Source: Lytechinus pictus (Eukaryota). Taken from it: a stretch of 64,000 nt of DNA. Of the stretch, positions 1 through 13,270 are shown piece after piece. Position 1 is the stretch's first letter, and each line of letters opens with the position of its first letter. The stretch is from contig NC_087250.1 in NCBI RefSeq assembly GCF_037042905.1, forward strand, positions 11,968,001-12,032,000. The letters run 5' to 3'. A program made the translations under genes and the position numbers. The notes under the pieces were generated by a model, which worked only from the letters and a program-made list of their open reading frames with translations, did no database searches and was not told the DNA's origin.

Positions 1-834
1 TATCTTAGTTCCATGGTTTTTATTTGGAAAAATGTATGAATATTTCAAGATAGAGGCTAAAATGAAATTGATTGATTGTAATTTATAATCAAATTTTAAA
101 GATTTCCTCATAATATTCCAGAGAAACATGGTGGGTTTCTTGTAGGGGTCGTCCCCCTCTCGTTGTTAGAAAAGTCATTATGAGTGTGCAGAAGCGTGCA
201 AATCGATAATAATAAATTTGATATCACAAAAATCGTCTGCTTCTCAATTTGCTGTTCCAAATCTGAAACATCTTAATTGAAAGGTATAATCTGCTACAAA
301 CATCAGCCAACAAACGGCAAAAAGAGCAAAACATTCCTTTGTGAAGATCAGATTCGCCTTGGTAGTCGCTATTGTCAAAGCACCTGTATGTTATCATTAA
401 TATGCACATAATCAGGAGACGGCGACTATGATTGCATCAAAAGAATGATCGCGTTAATCGTCCATTTCTTATAGGTTCATGGAATCACGATCGCTAATCA
501 CAGTCATGATTACAATAGCAATCATCATTACAATGATGATTCAAGGCTCACGTATGAAAAGGCCCTTAGTTTTGTAGGTTAGATTTTACGCTTGACTTGA
601 CATGCAGAGTTTTCCATCGGCGCAATTGTCGCCGGAGCAAATGTCCTGAAACCGTCAAATACAGCGACTCTCCGACTAAACTAATCGCTCTAAACGCCTA
701 TAATTGCTCGATAGTGATCCCATCCAGTCTGGTGATGATGGAGGCATGAGAATCATCTACAAGAAAACTTATGTTTAGGTTACACGGGCCTTATTACAAC
801 TGGCAGGCAAAATAAGGTATTCATTCGAGACAAC

Positions 835-1235
835 CCAGTCTCAATTTTTAAATCTGATATTGCTGATTGACAAAAATGAATAAATATGATTAACAATCTA
901 ACACTGATTCTAGTGAGGGTAACTACTGAACTTCCTTTTTAGATATATCACCACTTTGGAACTATTTCCTTTTACTGGCGGAAGAATTTTACTATCTCAA
1001 GTGATGAATTTGATCATGTCAGGTGTAGTCTTCACAAATGACGATTTATTTTAAAAATGAGCCGGTCGAGGTACCCTTTTCTGGTCAGATATGGAATGTC
1101 AGACATATATCCTATCCACTGGTAATGAACATCCAGCCCTCGAATTTTCATCCTTACTTTTTATGATTTTTTAAGTGCCACTTTAACACACGAGTCTATG
1201 GGAAATGTTTTAGACTCGTCATACCTTTAGATCTT
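835..1235 (+). repeat. Dispersed repeat, 3 copies (835-1235 +, about 8690-9010 +, about 23430-23835 -)
   Basis: Shared TGATATTGCTGATTGACAAAA..AATCTAACA.TGATTCTAG..ACTACTGAACTTCC. Confidence 0.75.
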
Positions 1236-1890
1236 ATGCATGTGTCGCCATAATCTCATAGCGCCCTCCCTCAGATACTATAGGAATACGTGTCAACGGA
1301 ATTTTCAGAGGTGCGCCAGATGCAGATTACCAACGCGGACAAGGCAATGGCATCGACATCATTATGGCGCAGGTGCGATTACGTAAATGCATGAGATCAA
1401 TAAGCCAGTTCACGGTTAGCTCATGATCAACTTTTCTCAAATGACCTTTGTGATTTTTCATTAGGATAAGCACTACCATTTTCAAATGTAGATGTTGCGT
1501 AATCTGTCCGGTAGAGTATTCAAATTCTAAGAACAAAAAGCATTGTATAGACCAGGTGGCTAGAATAGTACATCAGGGATAAAGTTTGGAAATCTGTTTT
1601 ATTGTCTGCCTTTGGCACATTTGACTATTGTTTAGGCTACTGTCAAATACCAGTGATTATGAAGGCTCTATTTATTACTCTTCAGCTTGGACGTGATAAA
1701 TATATTGAAAGGAATACATGAATAATCATCAAATCACAAATGCCTATGTCAGTGAATTTGAAAGCCACCTTCATGGTTGTCTCCAATGACCTTTTTCTGC
1801 TCGTGCGCAGTTTACAACCGTGAACAGGCTTATTGAAAATGTTACTTTGATGTTTTCGATAAGTGCTTGATTTAGTACGAGAGTCGATGG

Positions 1891-2131
1891 ACTGCAAAAA
1901 ACACCGGTGTTGATTTAACACCAGCCTGGTATCTATATCGGTCCACAACAGAGAAGCGTAGAAACAAAACCAGTTAAGATTAAAACCGATATTGGTTTAA
2001 CACTAATTGGTGTAGCTTAAATGCCACATTGGTGTTAGCCTAACGCAAAACCGGTGTTGTTTCGACACCTCTCCGGTGTGGACCGATATAGATACCAGGC
2101 TGGTGTTCAATAAACACCGGCGTTTTTGCAT
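1891..2131. mobile_element. CACTGC MITE family copy (degenerate ends)
   Basis: Same internal sequence (ccggtgttgatttaacaccagcc...gtccac). Confidence 0.75.
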
Positions 2132-2250
2132 GGTGGGGGAGCGTTTCATTGAAGGAGTTTAATCCAACAAGGTATGTTGGATACGTCCGATGCCACAGTG
2201 ACTGTGCTTTTCAACCATTCAAAATCAAGTAACTTGTCACATCTGACAAA

Positions 2251-2493
2251 CACTGCAAACACTCCGGTGTTAATTTAACACCAGCCCGGAATTTATAAAT
2301 GACCACACCAGAGAAGTGTTGAAACAACACCGGTTTGAAATTAAATCGATGCTGTTTTAACACTAGTTGGTGCTTTAAAAACGACTATCTGGAATAAGTC
2401 CAAAACCAAACCGGTATTGTTTTAACACTTCTCTGGTGTGGTCATATGTAGATTCCGAACTGGTGTTAAATTAACACATCAGTTTTTGCAGTG
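2251..2493. mobile_element. CACTGCAAA-ended palindromic MITE (CACTA/EnSpm-type), AA TSD
   Basis: Long imperfect hairpin; family copies at about 1891-2131, 2622-2807, 3639-3881, about 10495-10962 (partial), 27243-27488 and 38495-38737. Confidence 0.85.
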
Positions 2494-2621
2494 AATAAAC
2501 AACAAAATGTTGCTGGAACCCTCCCGGATGTGACATCAACATGAAATTCTGGGCTAGACAGCAAGTGATCTATATTAGACGTTAAAGCAGTTTGGAAACT
2601 ATTTTCCGGTGTGGAGGCGTA

Positions 2622-2807
2622 CACTGCAAAAAGAATGGTGCGGCTTAACACCAACCCGGTATCTATATATGTCCACACCTGAGAAGTGTTAAAACAACAC
2701 CAGTTAGGAATCAAACCCATCCTGTTTCAATACTAATTGGTGTCGTATAAACACCTATCTGGTGTTAGACCAAAAGCAATCTGGTGCTGTTTAACACTTG
2801 TACAGTG
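2622..2807. mobile_element. CACTGC MITE family copy (internally deleted)
   Basis: ta|CACTGCAAAA ... CAGTG|ta. Confidence 0.7.
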
Positions 2808-3574
2808 TATCTGTATGGGCCTTTGATTTCGCAGATTCGATCCTTCTCAATTCTATTTTAACATGTATATTAACTAGTTTTGTAGTCAACATGATGGGAT
2901 CCAAGTAAAATGTTGCTTGCTTGGTCCAACTTGTAGAAAAAAGTGGTATGTATTTCATTTTAATTCCAGGCCTGCAATATTATATTCTTTATTCGCAGCA
3001 TATCTATACTGGCCCGTGCCCCCCCCCCCCCTCCTTGAGAGGCACAATTAAAATGTATAATGTAAATATGCTGTTAAAAAGTTCAAGTTCAATTTATTCA
3101 AAAAACCAGACATATTATGAGTACAAATCAATGATCAGATGGTACAAAAGAATACATGATACAATATGAACGGTTTTCTAGGACCCCGAAGAAGCACAGC
3201 TTGTGAGTGGGGCCCTACACCTCTAAACAAGATGTAGATCTAAATGTATGAAATGACAAAGGAGGATACATAATAAACAGATATATCAACTACAAATATG
3301 TACAAAATGTACATTAAACAAGTGTCAGCATAAACACAAACATACTCACACACACACACACGCAAACACACAACGGAATTGTGCCCCCCCCCCTTGAAAG
3401 TGAAGACCTTTTCTTCTTTTCTTTTTTTTTTTTTGCTAAAATGTGCCCCCCCCCCTCCCCTTCGAAAATACTGGATCCGCCCCTGATACATATATCCTGA
3501 AATCATATTTGCAATAGACTTTGAAATATCTACCGACATTTTCATTTTTATTCCTGTCTCCTTCCATTTAATAG

Positions 3575-3620
3575 GTGATGTTGGTGTATTTTGCCATACA
3601 GCTTGTGGGGGCTAGAACAA
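3575..3620 (+). CDS. EGF-FReD gene, putative signal-peptide exon ((V)MLVYFAIQLVGART)
   Basis: Pyrimidine tract plus atag acceptor, strong gtaagt donor at 3621; the phase 1 end matches the next exon. Confidence 0.6.
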
Positions 3621-6600
3621 GTAAGTATAGCACGTACACACTGCAAAAACACTCCGACGTTGATTTACCACCAGCCCGGAATCTATATATGTCCACGCCA
3701 GAGAAGTGTTAACAAACACCAGTTTGATTTTGGTCTAACACCAGATATGTGTTTATACAGCACCAATTAGTATTAAAGCAGTATCGGTTTGATTCTAAAC
3801 TGCTGTATTTTCAATACTTCTCTGGTTTTTACATATATAGATACCAGGCTGGTTTTAAATCAGCCCCGTTGTTTTGCAGTGTATCGAAGTTATATCATGA
3901 TAATAATCTTAAATAAACAAAAAATATAAATTAATCAATCAATGAATAATTAAGCATATAAATGAATGAATAAATACATTTGAATAAAAAATTAGTTTAT
4001 AGTTCAGGCAGAATTTATGGGGGAAAAACGTCCTAGCATCTGCATCTATAATTCATTTCAAATGTTCGAACAATATCTAGTTATTCTGATTTTTTTTTCA
4101 GAGCAAAATCACCTTCATTTCGGCATTTAGGAGTTGGAAAACTAATGGTAGAATATTATTAGATCTAATCAATTGCCTGATGTCGCTATTTAATCAACAC
4201 GATTTTATTTTATCCTAATTACAGTGACCCTCAGACTCCCTCTGTGTCTCCCCATTATTTTCTGTTATATTCTTATTTGGTCCTTGACACCTTGTGCTAT
4301 TGTCCTTTTGTGTCCCGTATGTACTGATTGTGAATTTGCCCTATCTATCGAAACGATAAATGAAGTGTTCCAATAGTCCTTGGTACTGAAGTATATAGGC
4401 ATTGTACTCGAGCGAGGTGGATAAAAAAAACCAAGCAGGATAAGGGGGTAACCTCTCTATATATATTAAGAATTATATAAAAGATGATTTTATTGTTATT
4501 GTTATTTCTATATTATTATCATTTTTTCAGGGTTTTTGTTTACTTAACTCATTCCATACATGAGTATTACATGCACAGATACATTGTAATAACTTACATT
4601 TCAAACAAATCCAAATAGATAATTTAGTTTTATACAAACTATTCCACTTTTTTCGATGCACGTTACTCAGGTTACGTATACATGGTATGAAAAGCAATTA
4701 TATCAATTCAATTTTCAATCCAATTCAATTTCAATTTATTTCATTTTCAACAGAACAAAGTAAAGTGGTCGAAATAATTACAATTAACTTATACAGACAA
4801 TATAAATTGATGCATGTACAATATATTATATTTTTCCATAAGTAAAGCAAAACAAAGTATTATATATAAGCTTTATTATAAAAGTATAATTTATAAGAGA
4901 GAAAAAAAATTATTATCTCTGTTGTTACGATTTTTTTCAAAACCAAGTATAAAATGGACAAAAGTGGCTTTGATATTCGTGTTTTTTTTTCATTGAATAC
5001 ATGAAATATTCTGCAAACAATACAATTATATTTGTAAAATGAAAATTATTGAGAGTTATAACTCTGGAACAAATTTCAACGTCACCATGGTCACTGAATT
5101 TTAAAATAACCTTAAAAACGGACTTACTGAAGCTTTTCGACATGCACTCGTCGGAGTAAAATCGCATGAATGACTAAACGCTAGAGCAAAACAATATATA
5201 ATAGACCGAAACTAGTCAATGGACGCTAAATGGCGAGCCGTGATTGGCTGTCAAGGTATGAATGCGCGTTCAAAGGCAGGTGTATGCCTGACTTTGGCTA
5301 GTTCAAGGCGCTTCGCTATTGGCCAAAGTCAGGCACACATCTGTTTTTGAACGCGCATTCATACCTTGACAGCCAATCACGGCTCGCCATTTAGCAATTT
5401 TTTTGCTGGCTCCTCCTACACAAACGGCAATCAATCTCGAACACATGCAATGTGAAGGGCATATGCCCAGGGGGGATTATGGTTTACTTTCCCCTGAAAT
5501 GGGGGATTAAATTTCAAATTCCCGAGCCAGTCTCTTCCAAAATCTTCCAAAATCAATTACCGTCGTAAAGGTCCGTTCCCGTCGTCTTGCAAAAGGTGGC
5601 TACTATATGACGAGGACAGTGGCGTAACAGGCGGGGGGGGCAGGGGGGCAAGCTGCCCCCCCTGGCGGATTTCACCGGGAGAAAGAAAAAAAGGAGGGAG
5701 AAAGAAAGGGAAAGGGGAAGAAAAGGGGAAAAGAAAGGAGGAAAGGGAAAGGGAAAAGCGACAAGAAAACGAAGAAAGAAAAAAAAATTTAATGGAAAAG
5801 GAAGGGAAGCGGGAAAATGTACGAAAGAAGAACATTTGAAAAAAAAAAACATTCCGAAATAGGCCTATGTAATGCAATAACACGGTGGAAAAAATAAATT
5901 AAAAGATAACAAATTGGCAAACAATAGCGGGAAACGAAGGTAAAATGGAATTAGTCAAAAGCTAAATTGGAAAACAAAGAAAAGGGACAAGAAAAATATT
6001 AATAACACAACCGGGCTACCGATGATTGAAATTAAAGAGCGGGAAGAAAGATGGACTGCATACAACATTGTGCTATAAGCTTGCTAAATTTTATGCAAAT
6101 AAGTAGAGGCTCTTCATTTATAATCTTCAAGTGGCTCTATAATGGCCCCGTTCAATCATGTTCAATTACTGACATACAGGCGTGGGGGGGGGGGGGGTCT
6201 TGGCTCCACACCCAAGAGGAAATAAAAAAAATTATTGGAGACAACGTATAATTATACGTTTCTTTTGATCCGAAGACTCCTGGAGCTCTCAATAATGCAC
6301 TGGTTAAACTCCAGAATTGTATATCAGATATAAGACAGTGGATGATAGTGAATAAGCTAAAATTAAATGACAAAAAAAATGAATTTTTTGTTGCGGCCTC
6401 TACTTATAACCTGCGCAATCTTCCAAATGTTCAACTTGATGTTGATGGTACACTCATTAGACCATCAGAAAAAATACGAAACCTTGGTGTCATATTTGAT
6501 TCCCGCATGTCAATGTCGTACCATATCTCTCATATCTGTAGCACAGTCACTTTTTATTTAAGGAACATTTCTAGAATCAAAAGGTTCATTGACCAGTCTG

Positions 6601-9600
6601 CCTGTCACAATGCTGTTCGTTCATTGGTTCTGTCTCGTATCGATTATTGCAATGGGCTCCTTTCTACAATTCCCTCTAATCAATTAATTCGTATTTAACG
6701 ACTACAAAATTGGGCAGCACGATTAATTTTACAGGTTTCCCGAGATCATCCTTCCCAACCACTCTTTAATTCTCTTCACTGGCTTCCTTTTAAACAGAGA
6801 ATTACGTTCAAATTACTCTTGATTGTCTACAAAACACTGAATAAACAGGCTCCACAGTATTTAAGTAACTGCTTGAATCTGTATACACCAACTAGAGCAC
6901 TTAGGTCGGCCAGTGATCACCTTCGCCTCACATATTCATTAACTCGTACATTAGCTGGTGACAGAACTTCCACGGTGTCGGCTTCAAAATCCTGGAACGA
7001 CCTGCCACTAATAATTAGACAGTCTCCAACATTAGCAATTTTCAAAAAGTCATTAAAAACTCATCTCTTTCGTACTTTGTAGTTTTTAAAATATTACATT
7101 TAATTAATTAATTAATTAATGGGAAAAGCGCAGTACAAATAATAAGTAATAATAATTAAATGAATGGAAACAATGAAATGTGCTATTTGCTGAATATAAT
7201 GGAAAAATATATTACATAATTAGAATTTAATTTCATTAGGCAATTTTTTTTTTCAAGCTCGCTTTGCACGCTGGCGACTTTTTACAAATTTTTCCCACAT
7301 TGCTATGTTTTGCCCCCTCAAAATATCTGATTATTACGCAACTGGGTTGAATAAATGTGTTGTGTAAATTATGTTTATTGCCCGCGATTTGATTAAAATA
7401 GCGGCAATCTGCGAGGTTTAAATGGCTTTGATATCAAGAATTTCCGGGGGCTCCGCCCCGGACCCCAACCACACAGCACTGCGTATGGAAGGATTGGGCC
7501 ATGGCCCCAAAGAGTTTTACAAACAAGAACAAAAAAGGAGGAAAGAAAAGCAAAGAAAAAGTGTAGGATATGATTTTATTTACTGAATATATATATTATG
7601 TAAAAAAATAGCTCAAAGTTAGATTCTCATGAAAAGGTGGTTTTTCTCGCTCGCTTCGCTCGCTCGGGACTTATATAAAGCAGCTTTTTAGCACATGTGC
7701 TATACTGCGCCCCTCATTTTTTTTTTACTCTTCACGCTACTGCCGCAATTAAAGAATCCTGTTCACACTGGCGTACAGACCACAGAAAAGGAATCTCAGA
7801 GAGAAGAGTGATATATATTATTCTCTGGATATCATGTCCCGGGGGGGGGGCACTCAGTATATAATGCATAGTGGGTATGTGCCGCGGAGGGGACCCCCAT
7901 TTTTACACTCAAATTTCCGTTCCAAGGCATAGCATTTTTGTCTTATTGAGAAATAGAACAAAGAAAGCCGCTCCAAGGCATAGCATTTCCTTCTTATCGA
8001 GAAAAAAGAAGAAAGAAATCCGCTCTGGAAGCTTCGCATATTTTTCGTTACGCCGTTCCGGTCGCATTGATCTGCTACAATTTTGGTGAAAAGCGGCCGT
8101 AGAGCGCTTTTCGACCATCGCCTAAGCGCGAGCGCACCCGGCGGAGGCCGCGCTAGCTGCGTCATGCACGATTGCCCGTTCCATAGGGATGCATACGCAC
8201 TCACAGAGATACGGAGATCCGTTCCGAGGACCCCTGTTTTCACAAACATTTGTAGTTCCGAAGCCCGTTCCGAGGACCCTCCTTTTTACAATAAGCCCGC
8301 TCCAAGGCCCCCGTTTTTTGCCTCGCCCGCGGCACACCCCTACCACTTTTTTGGTCGAGTGCCCCCCCCCCCGGGATCATGTCAAAATCTATCACAAAAT
8401 TTGATTTTTGTATCAAAAAGGTCAAAAATTTTGCTCGCTCGCAACTTTTTTTAAAGATAAATTCTGCCCGATACGCAATATCTGGCCTTCTCAAAATAGT
8501 CGCCTCATTACACCATTACGCCTGTTCATACCATAATATGACCGGGAAATTTTTGGCTCTTGCCCCCCCTGGCCACCGACCCCTGTTACGCCGCTGGACG
8601 AGGAGGGGAGATGATGGAATAGGCACTGGGTTAGGGTTACATGGGCATAATCACAATTGGCAGGCAAAAGATATTCACTCGAGCCAACCCATTCTCAATT
8701 TTTTAATTTGATATTGCTGATTGACAAAAATGAACGAATATGACACAATCTAACATTGATTCTAGGGAGGATAGCTACTGAACTTCCTTTTTCCACATTG
8801 GAAAGATATATCACTACTATGGAATTTTTTTTTTACTGGCAGAAGAATTAGGGCCACTTTACTCTCTTAAGTGACGAATTTGTTGTTGTTGTTGTTGTTG
8901 TTGTTGTTATCTTGGGTTTTAAGGCGCGTATCATTCAGATATGAATATTTACGCCTATTTGATGATCCCGTCATGCGTCATGTGAAGCCTTCATAAATGC
9001 CGATTTATAAATAAATGAATAGAGAATAAATATCCAACAAACAAATATAATTCAAGTATCATAGTGTGCATTGTAAAACGTTGTAAATCCTCTAAATTAA
9101 TAAAAAAAATTGTTCATAATGTACAATTTATATAACACGTTGGGTATGAAGGAGACTGCTGAAAAATTTTGTAGATTGCAGACCCTTATGACGATGATTT
9201 CAATATAGTGCTTTTCATGTATTTTAAAAAGTTGAAGTAGAAAAGAATGACAAACAACATGGAATAAACATGTGATAAGAGGGGAGGGGTGGGGGCAAAA
9301 GTGGTGAAAAGGGAAAAGAAGGGAAGAAAAAACGTGAAAGATGAGATAATTTTGCCTTCCAGCGCACAAAACGCACACAGGCAGACCGAAGACCGTCATT
9401 GCAAGATCAGTAAAATGAATTTTACAAATGTACATACATTTATGATATTGATTTTCATCCATTTGCAGCAGGTTCTGATGGTTTATGTAGTGCCGCTCCA
9501 GAACTTATGACATGCCCATCTATCACCATCCGGGACACTGGCGAACTCATCCAATTGACTCATAAGATATTCCGAACCAGTCATCCTATATCGGGCAAAC

Positions 9601-12600
9601 GCACCAACAATTTCGTTTGCAGGTTACCAGGTAAAATCATTACGCATTATTTCATTCCCGTACTGGCGACACGACATTTGCTCCTGCGACAGTTTGTTCC
9701 GGGCTTTAATGCTTCTAAAATGTAGGGTTAGGGTTGAAATAGGGTTTTGTGAGGTTAGGGTATAGGGCATCGTGCTATAAAACCCAGGGTTGAAGTTGGC
9801 TGATCTATTACTTTGTGGAACTTATGGTGGAGCAATTGTCGCCGGAGCAAATGTCATGGAAACTTTTGCACTACATGGCGTTTTATTTGTTCATTTTCCC
9901 TCTCTTTTTACACCCATTGTTCACGGTTACATTGGGCCTGTCATGCCTGTGTAGACGTAGACCTGGTAGTGATTCCTATATCAAAAGTTCTCAATAAATT
10001 AAGTACCGTCGGAATATGATAATAATGATAATCATTATAAATTGGACTTTTACCACACAAATTCCTCACTGTAGAGTGCTCAAGGTGCTTTTCAATTGAT
10101 TTTATCCAGAGAAAACTAAAAAGAATGAAACAGCAAAGTTTTTATTTTTTTCAAAAGTTAAGCCTGTATATTTTGTATACGATTTTCTGATTACTGACGA
10201 AACTACATAATGTAAAACGAAATAAACATATTGTAGAGCGATTGTTCGGTGAATGTCCCCCCCCCCCCCCTTCCAATCATACTCATCCTACTTTTGAAAA
10301 TGATAACGGTGTTGATGATGTTTTTTTCTTAGAATGTCGAGGGAATCCTTGCTTCCATGGAGGCACATGTATAGAAGAAGCCAGTGGCTACCGGTGTGTC
10401 TGCCCGGAGTTTACCACTGGGACGCATTGTGAGCAGAATGCTACCGTGACACGTAAGTCAAACTTTGTCGTGTTCGTTATGGCGCAGTCACGTTTCCCCG
10501 GTATCTATATCGCAAACAACAGGGAAGTGTTGAAAACAACAGCAGTTAAATGCTCGGACCCACTGCACTTTCAGAGATGGTGTAAGACGGAAAAGAATCT
10601 TGCCATCCATTTGAAACGTTATGTGTCCGTTGTGTACTCTTTACTTACGTGTTTCATACGCTCTATATCCATCGAGCATCCGTCCACTGTCTTTTCATTG
10701 TTCGCCCATTTTGTCTATTGTCTGGAGAGGATGAAAACGGATAGAGCCACCCCGAAATTTCGCTTGACCGCTGTATCCGTTATGAATACGTTGTGCATCC
10801 GTCGGCCAGTTGGACCAGGCCTTTAGAATCAAACCGATGTTGGTATTACCCTGTTAAGTGTTGTTTAATAAATGCCGAAGTGGTGCTGTTTCAGCACCTC
10901 TCTGGTGTTTTCCAAAATAGATACTGAGCTGGTGTTAAATTAACACCAATATTTTTGCAATGTATTGTTATTCACCTGGTCACAACTTGAGCCCCCATAG
11001 AAGGATTATCACCAAACTATGGTTGCAGGTGTTTTCCTTAAAAATTGTGACCTCATTTTTCCGGTACTCCAAAACATGGAGTTTTTATCACAATGGGCAA
11101 TGCAGGAAGGTGGGCGTCCATGTTGTCTCACAATAATAATAATAATATATGTGATTTGCAAAGCGTCAAATCCACTTGGCAGAGTGCCCAAGGCGCAGTG
11201 AAAGAAAAAAAAAAGTACATATATAATAGTAATAGATTCAGGAACAATTAAGAGTAGGAAGCATTGAATAGATGAGTCTTAAAGTAACGTTTTAAAAGTT
11301 TCAATGGAAGTGCATTCACGGATTGCCAGGGGAAGATCATTCCAGAGAACAGGGCCAGCGTGAGCAAAAGCCCGAACCCCCATGTCTTAACGGATTTAGG
11401 AATAACTAGGGAACCAGAGTTGGATGAACGTAGGGACCTGACAGGAGTGTATTTGTTGATTAGATTAATATTGTACTGTGGAGCAGAGCCGTTAATTGCA
11501 TGGAATAAAAGGAGAACGATTTTGAAGACGATGCGATCGTTGACCTTTAACCAATGAAGAGATTTCAGAACGGATGTGATATGAACATGTTTTTTAGATA
11601 AGGTGACCAAACGTGCTGCAGCGTTCTGGAGCTTTTGGAGTTTAGACAACTGGGTGTTGGGTAAATTGTAAAGCAAGGCATTCCCGAAATCAAGTCGTGA
11701 AGAAATAAGTGCATGAACCAATTTTTCAGTAGCAGATTTTGACAAATATTTTCTGATAACCCCAATATTACCATGATTACGGAGCTGATACGTTACAGAC
11801 CTACAGATGTTGGTAATTTGGGACACATTAATGGTACATCCCGAAAAAGAGACGGATGACAACTTGACCTTACTAAGTTGAGCCCTTGAACCAAATAGAA
11901 GGAACTCAGTTTTGGAGGGATTCAATTTCAATGAATGACTAACCAGCCAGGAGTGAATGTCAGCTAAACAATTCTCAAGAAGGGTGATTGCATTTGTTGC
12001 ATCAGCCTGGTTTGAAGGAGAGATAGAGTTGAATGTAATCGGCATATATATGATAATTTATATTATAGCGTCGTAAGAGGCCTGCTAGCATAATTGATTC
12101 AAGAAGTTGTTTTTTTTACAATGAACGTAACGGAGGGCTAAACTTGCCCAAGTTTGGCAAATATTTCTCAAATTAATGACCTATATATTTCACCATATCG
12201 CACACCTCTCGATTCATATGAGCATATGATATATGTGAAACCATGAAGGTTACCGTACTATTAGAAGGATTAGTTTTCATAATTAAAATCCAAAACAAAA
12301 CTTGTAGCTGCATTATAACACTGGAAATACTGAAGAAGAATCATAAAACATTTTGCTGTAATTATAAGATCTGCAAATTTTGATGTCATACAAGCATGGC
12401 TCTCCTAGCCCCTTCATTCTAATCCATATAATTATTATAGCCAAAATTCTTGTTGTTCAGAACTGTTTCTGTTTATCCTTTCATTTACTTTATGAACTAT
12501 GAAATGGAATTGTTTGTGATATTTTGAATACGTATTGCTATCGAATGTTGTATTTTGTTGAACGGAAAACATGACTAAAGTTAAATCTGTCAAAAACACT

Positions 12601-13217
12601 GCTCCTTACATGAGATCGGTTGTACCTTTTATTACATACGAAAAGGAGAAAGTACTATGAGCATAGGCATTTCGTTGTTAATATTCAACTCTATGTCTTT
12701 TTAGTACAATCCGTAAAAACTTGAAGCGGTTTGTTTATGAAACAAATAATGCAGAAGTTAAGTTCGTCTTGTGATACATTATCATCATCCTTATCATCTC
12801 CATCCTCTTTATTCAAATTATGAACTGATATTACCATTCTGCTGTACAAAGGTATCATTGATTTTAATGAGCTTTAAATCTGGGGTGGTCATTTTCCTTT
12901 CAGGTAATCTGCTTATGATGACAGCCCTTCTCCTGCAAAATGTATTTGTCATAATAATTTGTAGTATATTATATTTGTTTAGATATCTGTTTTATTATCC
13001 ATTTTTATTCTCTCTATGCTTCATGCCAAAAAACAGATTTATATATATATATATATATATATATAATGTTTGTTAAGTTATGCAAAAATGTATTATACGA
13101 ATGATATGAATGCAGAAGAAAACAATAAAGATAATTTTATCAGCTATGTGCATATGATATATGTGTATATATATATATATATATACTGTATATATACCTA
13201 TATATATATATATATTC

Positions 13218-13270
<53 letters not shown>

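Larger units (their letters stand above)
5617..8596 (+). mobile_element. Non-autonomous hAT-type element, copy 1, with two nested insertions
   Basis: TIRs CAGTGGCGTAACAGG / CCTGTTACGCCGCTG; perfect 8-bp TSD GACGAGGA (5609-5616, 8597-8604). Confidence 0.92.

Noticed and set aside
7854..8711. Cluster of overlapping 70-130 aa ORFs
   Set aside because: GC-rich MITE and hAT element interior; no recognisable domain
10453..10826. C-terminal part of the 194-aa ORF after the EGF repeat
   Set aside because: Intron read-through past the gtaagt donor into MITE sequence
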